From positions 3,038,001 through 3,102,000 of the forward strand of contig CM106586.1 in NCBI GenBank assembly GCA_048013815.1: DNA of 64,000 bases, given 5' to 3'. Each line of letters opens with the position of its first letter. The first letter of the stretch is position 1. The position numbers and the translations under genes are program-made. A model generated the notes under the pieces. That model was not told the origin of the DNA and did not search any database. It worked only from the letters and a program-made list of their open reading frames with translations. The stretch is from Setoptus koraiensis (Eukaryota; Animalia; Arthropoda). Shown piece after piece: positions 54,059 to 62,727 of the stretch.

Positions 54059-55270
54059 TCACGATTGAACCTCCTTCTTTCTTTTGCGCTCCTTATCTTT
54101 GGCCTGTCGAGCTTTTATCTTGGCCTGAGCAACTAACGGAGACAGACTTCCATCCTTGGCTAAATACTTCATTACCTCTATTATCAGTGGTAAATAATTA
54201 TGCTTGCGTCTAACATCCTCCACCTGTTTAAAGGAAGAAAAGCAAAAGTAATAATAACAATAGTATCGATAAAAATGATGAATTATAATCGATTCAATCA
54301 ATCAAGTTTTGGTTAGATGGGATTATCTATTGCTGGTGTTGACTTGAAAAGAATTACTGGGAGGTTAAACTGAATGCTGTCTAAGCATGCAACAGACATG
54401 ATTTATAACTACCTTGTATGATCTTAGTTTCTCCTCCTGTGCTGTTATTAGTTGTCTCAGTTCGGTCATCTGAACCTCTATTGTGTCTGTCTCCATTCCG
54501 GACAATAGTTGCTGCTCTAGCTCGAGCAATTTTCGCTTGTAAATGTTCTCCTTATCCGCCACTAAAGCCATCAAATTGAATTGAATCTCGTCCGCATTGT
54601 ACTGTTGAATGCGTTTCTCTATGACTGGCCTGGCCGTCTCAACCCAGTCTGTACCCTCCGGAATGACGCCCAAATCTATGGGTCCCTCTCTGAGGCCGTC
54701 CAATTCGTATAGGCGACCCTCAAAGGGTATGTAACTGATGAAATGGAACACATCGTCATCCTTATCTGCCTGCTTTGCGTCAAACTCAAACATTTGTTGT
54801 CGGGCAAATGTGTTGTGCACTTGACGTATAATATCGCTATTGCTAAGAGCCAATCCTTTCATGGTGGGATCAAAGTCTTTGCTGAACTCCTTGAAGTTGG
54901 ACAATGTTTCGCCCAATAGAATGCCATTGTCGTCATTGGCAGCTTGATTATTGTCCGTCGTTGGTTGTTTCACTGGCGAATTCAGTAATACCGACAAAAT
55001 GGCCTGAGTGGCGCAAGCATTATTGATGACTTGTTTGGCAAAGAACAGCCTGTCCAATCGCGAGTCTCTCACCACATTGGCCTTTGAATCGTCTGAGCTG
55101 CGCCACTTAAACAAAAATATCAAACCATATATTGGATGCATGTTTCGGAAATCCTCTGGAGACAAGCCATACAATTCTTCAACAATGACATTTTTCACGC
55201 CAAATCCTCTTATCAATTGAGTAAAAACGCCGGGATCCGATTCTATCAAGCACCAGTCTGAGGCACTCAT
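54059..55270 (-). CDS. UCHL5: Ubiquitin C-terminal hydrolase L5 (UCH37), 2 exons, 340 aa
   Basis: Exons 55270-54413 and 54223-54059 (phase 0). Motifs: WCLIESDPGVF, catalytic Cys in NNACATQA, His in FHFISY, Asp in YELDG, and the C-terminal ULD RRKHNYLPLI. Confidence 0.96.
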
Positions 55271-55618
55271 CTTTTGTTTCGCTCACGCGTGCCTGCTTGT
55301 GTAGTATTGAGTGATATAGGGGACACAACAACTAAACAGCTTGTTATGTTAGTGACTATAATATCCTTGGTTCTTCTTGTATATATTTTATAAATAATTA
55401 TGTTAACTAAATAATTATAAATGACACAATGTAATCTGAGAATAAATATACAATCTGAAAAGCACCGATGTACTCTTGTTGCCGATCAGCTGCAGACCAA
55501 AATAAACGACGATCGGCTCACGTTGTTTTCAGCATCGGTCGCTTGGGCGCTGCAGTGCGGCGACCATGCCACAACGATGCTTGTAGTGGACAAAAGTTGA
55601 CATCATGTTGTGTCTACC

Positions 55619-56716
55619 ATGTCGTACATGTTGTTGCCACCTTTTACAATGTACAATACCCTTTATTTTAAGCTCACCCTCATTGCTAATTTAATATCTC
55701 TATCTCACTCTTGGCACCAGCACAATATTACCGACATCGAGACCCTACTCAAACATCCAAAGTTGATCTCCAACAAGCAGTCATGCGGTAGAGTTTTCAT
55801 CGACGACCAGAAGCGCCACAAAAGAATCATCAATGGATACAAAGCTCGAATGGGCGCTTGGCCCTGGCAAGTTGCGCTACTCAATCAGAACAAGACAGAA
55901 TTTTGTGCGGCAACCATATTGACTCCTCACCTCTGTATTACCGCGGGCCATTGTATAAGAAACAAAATGTACATAAGGGCCGGTGATTACAATTCTTATG
56001 AAATAGAGAGACAAGAGCAAGTAATCATGGTGGCACAAGCGTTCATTAGTCGCGCATACACATACAATCTTTGTCTCATTCATTCTGATATTGCCATTCT
56101 CAGATTAACTAAACCTCTCAGATTGAACGCCTATGTTTGGCCAGTCTGTCTACCCAAAAAAAACGACATCTTGCCGGAATCAACACGTGTCTTTATCATC
56201 GGCTGGGGCCAAAACGAACCCGATGAACCGGATTCTTACAGCAACTGCAGTGGAACTGTAGTGTATGATAACGAAGGAGAGGAAGAAGATGAAGATACTG
56301 ACTATAGTGATGACGATAATTCTACTAGTGAGACCTACTATGATCCAAATCTCAGAGATATCTACCAAGATGCGGACAATGAAGGATTTTTGTTTCAGGC
56401 TGAAGTTCCTATTGCTAGTATTGAAGCATGCAAAAAAGATTATAGTTACATAAGCGATAAGTTCATCCAGGAAGAGAAACACCTATGCGCCGGAAAGAAA
56501 ATAGGTCCTCGAAGACTAGAGGCTGACGCATGTAAAGGCGACTCAGGTGGACCTCTCTTGTACAAAAACCAGTCCACCGATCAGTGGTATCTCTATGGTA
56601 TAACATCTTTCGGTGGCGGTTGCGGCTACAAGTATGGTGTTTATACTAAAGTCACTCACTTTATCAACTGGATAAATTATAATCTACAATATAGAAACAG
56701 TGTCGTTTCAAATTGA
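55619..56716 (+). CDS. Secreted trypsin-type (S1A) serine protease, intronless, with acidic insertion
   Basis: First ATG is at 55619 (the track starts at an upstream GTG). Hydrophobic leader, RHKR|IING activation site, WPWQV, TAGHC (His), DIAIL (Asp) and DACKGDSGGP (Ser; S1-pocket Asp). Confidence 0.93.
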   Translation: MSYMLLPPFTMYNTLYFKLTLIANLISLSHSWHQHNITDIETLLKHPKLISNKQSCGRVFIDDQKRHKRIINGYKARMGAWPWQVALLNQNKTEFCAATILTPHLCITAGHCIRNKMYIRAGDYNSYEIERQEQVIMVAQAFISRAYTYNLCLIHSDIAILRLTKPLRLNAYVWPVCLPKKNDILPESTRVFIIGWGQNEPDEPDSYSNCSGTVVYDNEGEEEDEDTDYSDDDNSTSETYYDPNLRDIYQDADNEGFLFQAEVPIASIEACKKDYSYISDKFIQEEKHLCAGKKIGPRRLEADACKGDSGGPLLYKNQSTDQWYLYGITSFGGGCGYKYGVYTKVTHFINWINYNLQYRNSVVSN

Positions 56717-56758
56717 TGATAATCGTTACTCCGACAGTGTAAACAGTTACTATATATA

Positions 56759-57775
56759 TTACACAATTTTATCCACGTCCTTGTCCAAATGAACCCATTT
56801 TTTAGCTAGTATCAAAATTTGTTGAGTTGCGGTGTCATCCATTACACTTTTTCTCCATTCAACAGGGCTCAACCTATGCCTGTATAGTTTTCCTGAACTT
56901 TCATAATTGGCTACATTTTTGCTAATTGAACAATAGATAGATTTGGCGGCCGCTCTATCTGGGCTAAGGAACAAAATCTTCATTACACTCTCCCAATTTC
57001 TGTAAGACGAATCAGTGGGCTTTGCGTCTGTACATTTTTTAATAATATTGATTGATATAGGACCGCCTGGGTCTGTGGCAAAGACAAATACTTTGTGATT
57101 GCTTTCTTTCATCTTATTGGCCAAGTCTCGTGTAAACATTGCCAATGCCAGTTTACTTTGATTGTAGGCTTTCTCACTGGTATAACCGTGACCAAGGTTC
57201 ACATTGTCAAAATAAATTTTCCATTTTCTTTTTGGGTTACCCACAACATTGACTATACGACTATCACCAGTAATCTTGGACGATTCTATCAGTTTGTCCA
57301 ATAGGCGCGTGGTCAATAGGTATGGTCCAATATAATTGACCGCCAGGTTCATCTCAATGCCACCTTGTGTTATTTGGCGTTTCTTCAAGTCTTTGACTGC
57401 TGCACTATTGATAAGACCATTAATTCGAGGCTCATTTTGAATAATATTGTCAGCAAACTCATTGATTGACTTGATAGAGCTAAGATCCAGCTCTCTGCAA
57501 GCAATATTCCTGTTGCCAGATCTGAAGACCATTTCGCGTCGAGTCACTCGACACTCATCCATATCACGACAGGCCATGATAACACGAGCCTTTCTCACGG
57601 CTAATCCGTAAGCGGTGCATCTCCCCACTGTTCCTGTTGCGCCCGTAACTATAAATGTTTTTCCGCTGCAATTTAAATCCCTGTTGTGACTAGGATGAAA
57701 GATGTCCAGACATACTGCTCTAAAGCCAACAAATGACAAGGTTATAACACCAATTCTTAGGCCTCGACTAGCCAT
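56759..57775 (-). CDS. Short-chain dehydrogenase/reductase, retinol dehydrogenase 11-14 group (RDH13-like), intronless, about 338 aa
   Basis: First ATG is at 57775 (the track starts at a TTG). Motifs: TFIVTGATGTVG, RVIMACRD, LDLSS, AVNYIGPYLLT, SRIVNV and YNQSK (YxxxK). Confidence 0.88.
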   Translation of the reverse strand: MASRGLRIGVITLSFVGFRAVCLDIFHPSHNRDLNCSGKTFIVTGATGTVGRCTAYGLAVRKARVIMACRDMDECRVTRREMVFRSGNRNIACRELDLSSIKSINEFADNIIQNEPRINGLINSAAVKDLKKRQITQGGIEMNLAVNYIGPYLLTTRLLDKLIESSKITGDSRIVNVVGNPKRKWKIYFDNVNLGHGYTSEKAYNQSKLALAMFTRDLANKMKESNHKVFVFATDPGGPISINIIKKCTDAKPTDSSYRNWESVMKILFLSPDRAAAKSIYCSISKNVANYESSGKLYRHRLSPVEWRKSVMDDTATQQILILAKKWVHLDKDVDKIV

Positions 57776-58389
57776 CCTAATCAGATCATGCCATGTGAGT
57801 GAGATGCATAATCGAGAAAACGTGGGATAGATTGCACATGTTTTCAATACATCGATGTTTTTGAGCTCACTTATGAGGCGCCAAACTCAAATCGACCAGG
57901 CACTTCAGTTGTACTCCCACACGCTCCTGCTGGCTCCCATCGGGAGGGGGAACGAGCTGGTGCAAGGGACGAATTTTATTAACTGGAAGCCATTATCGTA
58001 GCGCCTACTGGCAGCGCGCACACAATGCCGGTCACAATGCCATTAGCGGGTGCACGCCCTCTGGTAAAATGATTCCATAGAACAATAGCTGGGTATCGGG
58101 TGTCCACATGAAATACCCCAACTACGGACAACAAAAAGTGGGCGACAAACTAGTGTAAAAAATTAAGTACGTGCACCACTTGAGCATGCGAACCTGTCCT
58201 AATGAAGAGCCCGCATTCTCATTGTTCATTATCTCTCCGCGTCTAATCCAACCCCATCTAATCTAATCTCAACCCATTTGACACGATTAGATCCCATCTT
58301 TTATTTACTTACGAATTATAAATCACCGTTAATGACAAACCAATCAGCCAGTAAAAATAAAATAATATTTTAGCACACACACACTCACA

Positions 58390-59811
58390 ATGACTGTCAC
58401 TACTGATGTTGAACGCTCAAACAACCACCAGAGGCCAGCAACAATCAACAGATTATCACATTCAACTAAATCATGCATCCATTGCAGAGATACAATATTC
58501 AAGCTTTTAACTGTTACAATACTGTCCTTTGCTGTTTTCATCACAAATCTAAACAGGTGCTCAGGACTGAGTATCCCATCAACGCTAAACCAGACAACGA
58601 TCCAATCAGAACCCACCGACCAAGCCCAACAACCAATTACCGACAGTAATAGCACCACTGCCATTAATCAGCATCAACAGGTTGCGTACCTAATAGATGA
58701 AGCCACTATAGCGCCTAACAATATTATAAATCCGAATATTGAGACTAGTTTATTACATTTCACTGTCACTATAGCGCCCCCCGAGTCGCGCGCATACTCC
58801 GAAGTTCCAACAACGAATCAGTCCAATGATCAATATATACCATGCGATGACAATTGTACCGAAATCTATTCCAGCCACGACAAAGAATATGATTATGATT
58901 CGGGTGACTCCGCCGAGACGCCAGAGCTTGATTACAAGCCCGTCTATGCCGCCTCTATTAGTAAGTTACAGAGACAGAAGAAATGTACTCAACAGGATCT
59001 TTATGAGTTCACCTGGCAGATTAACGAACAATATTGGGCCAAGCTGTCCGATGAGCATGTTAGCGTTATTAGGCGCCGTTTGAATGCATACAAAAAAACT
59101 AGGGATGACTATTGTACACCAGAGTTGGTTTATGCATTCCTAAAACTGGACAGTCTCATCAATACCACTTTATTGTTGGATATGGAAGAGCTGGCTAACG
59201 GCCTTCATGTACACGATAACAAACATTGTAGAAAACTATTTTTACATCAGTGTGATAGCAACGACAATGGCCTTTTGAATGACAGAGAGTGGTGCCTTTG
59301 TTTCAGTGAACAGACACGATTATGTCACAAAAAAGTTAAGGCGGAAAGAAGAAATTTGTTAGATACATTCAAATCATACGGAAAACTACTAACTAGATCT
59401 CTAGCAAAGACACTAATATTGCACACACCTAAGCCTGTCTGTCTTTTTGATGGCTCATTTAACACAAGGCAATGCGACAACAGAGGACTTTGTTGGTGTG
59501 TAGATCGTCGCGGCATTGAGTATCGTGGATCGCGTCGGAACACCACAGTTGGACAGCTGAATAACATAGATTGCTCTAGTTACAGTGACCCAGCCAGGGA
59601 TGAATTAATTCGCTTCACCATCTTGAATGATCATCCAGATAGAGCGAGTTTTTACGGACATACCGGTGTACCGCCTGTAGAATACATATTACCCTTAAAT
59701 TCAACTCTAGAGGGGTTACCTGATGACATGGAGAACGACGCTAATTCTCAGTTCTCTGCAACTAGCAACGACGAATCAGATCTGACAAACGAGATTGATA
59801 GGAAACTGTAA
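58390..59811 (+). CDS. Testican/SPOCK (Cow)-like extracellular protein: SPARC-type EC calcium-binding domain + thyroglobulin type-1 domain, intronless, 473 aa
   Basis: Hydrophobic segment LLTVTILSFAVFI. The EC-domain end CRKLFLHQCDSNDNGLLNDREWCLCF is followed directly by the TY motif PVCLFDGSFNTRQCDNRGLCWCVDRRG. Confidence 0.85.
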   Translation: MTVTTDVERSNNHQRPATINRLSHSTKSCIHCRDTIFKLLTVTILSFAVFITNLNRCSGLSIPSTLNQTTIQSEPTDQAQQPITDSNSTTAINQHQQVAYLIDEATIAPNNIINPNIETSLLHFTVTIAPPESRAYSEVPTTNQSNDQYIPCDDNCTEIYSSHDKEYDYDSGDSAETPELDYKPVYAASISKLQRQKKCTQQDLYEFTWQINEQYWAKLSDEHVSVIRRRLNAYKKTRDDYCTPELVYAFLKLDSLINTTLLLDMEELANGLHVHDNKHCRKLFLHQCDSNDNGLLNDREWCLCFSEQTRLCHKKVKAERRNLLDTFKSYGKLLTRSLAKTLILHTPKPVCLFDGSFNTRQCDNRGLCWCVDRRGIEYRGSRRNTTVGQLNNIDCSSYSDPARDELIRFTILNDHPDRASFYGHTGVPPVEYILPLNSTLEGLPDDMENDANSQFSATSNDESDLTNEIDRKL

Positions 59812-59851
59812 TTATTTACTAAAATAAAACACATACACAAATATTATTTTC

Positions 59852-62206
59852 TTATGCTATTTCCGTAATATCATTTGGCTCTTCATCGTCTTTTGTATAC
59901 GATTGATGGTTGCTCCCGGCACGTGACGGTCTATGTTGCGACAAACCGTATTTGTAACGAATTTTTATATTTTCTAGTTCTTTCAACTTTTGCACCAGTT
60001 CCTTCTCCAGTTCTTTCAATACTCTTCTAGACTCATTGCATTCATATAAAAGATTCTCTCTCAATCGAGCGATCTCTTTTTCACAGACTAACCTATGAGA
60101 CCTGAAGGCCTCCTTTTCTTCTTTAAATTTGGCTTTACTATCTAGGAGGTCTTGGTTGAGATTGTTCACCCTCCTCTCCAAGCTTTGCTTATCCATTTGC
60201 AGTGTCTTATTGATTGTCCTAAGAGACAATGCCTCTCTCACAGACTCTTCACGTTCATTTTTGATTTGGTCAATGTTCAATTCTGCGGCCTCAAATGCTC
60301 TGATTTTGGAATTTGCAATTGTATTTTCTTTGGCTAGTTGCAATATTCTATCTTCCCTGGACTGAATTTGCCCAACGAAATTCTCATTAGAGCAACGAGC
60401 TTTATCTAATTGATTCTCTGCTTCAAACAATTGCTGTTCTAGTTGCTCAATCTTAGAGCCCAATGCTCTAGTTTTTTCTTCTAGCTTGATACAATTCTCA
60501 GTTTGGTTCGATTGATTGATAAGCTTAGATTCTAATTGGGAACAGCGCCTCGAGAGAGCATCTAATTGGTCTTGTTTATCGTTAAGCATTTGTTCCGTAT
60601 CAGATAATTTCGCTTTCAGTCTCCTATGATCGTCCATGTTTTTTTTAGTATCCGATTGCATCAGTTGACTAGATTTGTTCCTCTCCTCAGTTAAAAGATT
60701 GCGAAGCTTATCCAATTCGTTTTCTAGATTTTCATTTTGCTCTTGTGTTCGGGCCAGATTTTGTTTGAGACGTTGCTTTATTTGTATTTCTGTTGACAAC
60801 AATGATTGTAGCTCTTGATTGCTTAGTTGACTTCGAAAGAGTTCACTGGCCAACTTTATTAACTTGGCACTATCATCTTCAACTTGATTAGATTGATTGG
60901 ATAAGATGAGATTCAATCTACTCTCCAATCTAGTATAATTTTGCTTGCCGTCTTTCAGAATATTAGTCAAATGATCTAACTGGTCTCGAAGTTTAAGGTT
61001 TTGCTCCTGCAATTTGAAGAATTCTTCATGACTGGGGTCTGTAATAATAAGACTTTGTTTATCCCTCAATTTATCCAATTGATGTTTCAAACTGGCTATT
61101 GTTTGCTCATAGGTGAGCTTATCCTGGTCGAAAACATTGCGTACCTGTTCTAGCTCTTCCTTATGATGATCGTCTTTCAAACGAAGTTGATTCTCGAGTC
61201 GGTCAATTCTATTTGAAAGATTCTGTTTCTCTATGTGCAAGTTGTTGTTGGCGTGTCCATCTAGAATGGTTTCGAAATTTGTTAAATTATCTCTATGAGA
61301 TTTAGTCAAATTAAGCTCACTCTTAATTTGTAGAATCGTTTGATCCCTTTTGTCGATAATGGCACGCAGTAGATCGTTTTCGGTTGTTTTTTTGTTTCTA
61401 ATTAATCTGTTTTCATTGACCAAATCTCGCATTTCCATCTGCAATTGTTCAAAATCCGATTTTAGTTTTATATGCTCGAACTTAAGCTGATTATAATTGT
61501 GTCGCCTCTGTTCGCTTCTTCTTTTTTCGTCCTTGAGTAACTGTTGCAGGTTATCGACACTTATGGCACCAATCATATCTGAATCAACATCATTATCGCC
61601 CATCATCGTGGGACTATTTGAATCCATAGTGGACGGCTCAAAATTAACTCTATTGATCTTTGGAGCCAATTTATTGGACAAGAGCACCTTGTCTAGTTTA
61701 TTATGTTTACTTCCATCAGTGTTCAATGAATCATCAAGTGTTCTTTCACGTCTTTCGATGGTGTAATCGGTTGAATTTTGTTGTTGCATGAAACAACTCA
61801 ATCCACTGCTTAAGTCTATCTGATCCGTTTGATCAATTGTACCATCAACTTGTCCGCCATAATCTCTGGCTCGTATGTATGCTAGAGGGATATGTTGCCG
61901 GCTATTCAAGAGGTCAGTTAACACTTGATTAGACGATTCCGGAATTGTATTGTTCAGAGATATATCCACGGTGACTATACTACTGGAACTGATAGTCGGG
62001 CTAAAGTTGTGCTCATCTCTCGATTCTTGGTGTTGTGGTTGAGGTTTGTCATGCCTTTCAGATTCGACATTTTCTTGTGATTTCTGTCGAATGGTTGACG
62101 AGCGACGTAATAATCTATTGCTCGATATTGAACTATTGGTCAGGTTGACCCGACTTGTGTTATCTCTATCATTCGAACCTTGGTTATGTATCTTGAGCCC
62201 AGACAT
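59852..62206 (-). CDS. CEP83: Long coiled-coil protein, CEP83 (CCDC41)-like centriolar distal-appendage protein, intronless, about 784 aa
   Basis: ATG at 62206. LQQLLKDEKRRSEQRRHNYNQLKFEHIKLKSDFEQLQ resembles the conserved N-terminal CEP83 block (LIDERxRCExHKxNYxTLKxEH, recalled rather than aligned), followed by a long coiled coil. Confidence 0.7.
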   Translation of the reverse strand: MSGLKIHNQGSNDRDNTSRVNLTNSSISSNRLLRRSSTIRQKSQENVESERHDKPQPQHQESRDEHNFSPTISSSSIVTVDISLNNTIPESSNQVLTDLLNSRQHIPLAYIRARDYGGQVDGTIDQTDQIDLSSGLSCFMQQQNSTDYTIERRERTLDDSLNTDGSKHNKLDKVLLSNKLAPKINRVNFEPSTMDSNSPTMMGDNDVDSDMIGAISVDNLQQLLKDEKRRSEQRRHNYNQLKFEHIKLKSDFEQLQMEMRDLVNENRLIRNKKTTENDLLRAIIDKRDQTILQIKSELNLTKSHRDNLTNFETILDGHANNNLHIEKQNLSNRIDRLENQLRLKDDHHKEELEQVRNVFDQDKLTYEQTIASLKHQLDKLRDKQSLIITDPSHEEFFKLQEQNLKLRDQLDHLTNILKDGKQNYTRLESRLNLILSNQSNQVEDDSAKLIKLASELFRSQLSNQELQSLLSTEIQIKQRLKQNLARTQEQNENLENELDKLRNLLTEERNKSSQLMQSDTKKNMDDHRRLKAKLSDTEQMLNDKQDQLDALSRRCSQLESKLINQSNQTENCIKLEEKTRALGSKIEQLEQQLFEAENQLDKARCSNENFVGQIQSREDRILQLAKENTIANSKIRAFEAAELNIDQIKNEREESVREALSLRTINKTLQMDKQSLERRVNNLNQDLLDSKAKFKEEKEAFRSHRLVCEKEIARLRENLLYECNESRRVLKELEKELVQKLKELENIKIRYKYGLSQHRPSRAGSNHQSYTKDDEEPNDITEIA

Positions 62207-62727
62207 CAAGTCCTACATCGTCCTCGTTCATTTATTGATAATTTAATAGCTTTAATATAAGCTTGACAATCAATTCATGAGTTATAATAATAAAAGTGAG
62301 GAATTGCAACTGCCAGCGGGCACACAACCAATACATCGTTAGCAACTTTTTGATTGCTCTCGTTAGCTGGTCGTTTTTTGTTTCGCATTCGGTTACCATA
62401 GTGATGCCGGATATTCACGCATACATGTCAATGATTGCTTCTCGTACGCACACAAATTACGTAAAAAGCGTAGTATTGTATTGATAGAAAAATACACAAA
62501 TAAAACACAATGTCATAATGATTTTATTCGTTATTTTGAAAAAGCATTGAAAAAGCTAATATTAAAAATGTACAAATATGTAAATATATTGTTTCTTAAC
62601 GCTCTGCTTTCTCAATACCGGACATAGAACAAACTTCAAAAAGGAAAGTTTGTCGCTGCCATTGAATGAATTTCGTCCTTACTTCGCCATCGTGAATCAT
62701 ATGAAACTGCCATAATGTATTGTATTA

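Noticed and set aside
54264-54271. Perfect DRE motif TATCGATA
   Set aside because: It lies in the UCHL5 3' intron, far from any likely TSS, and a single 8-mer can occur by chance.
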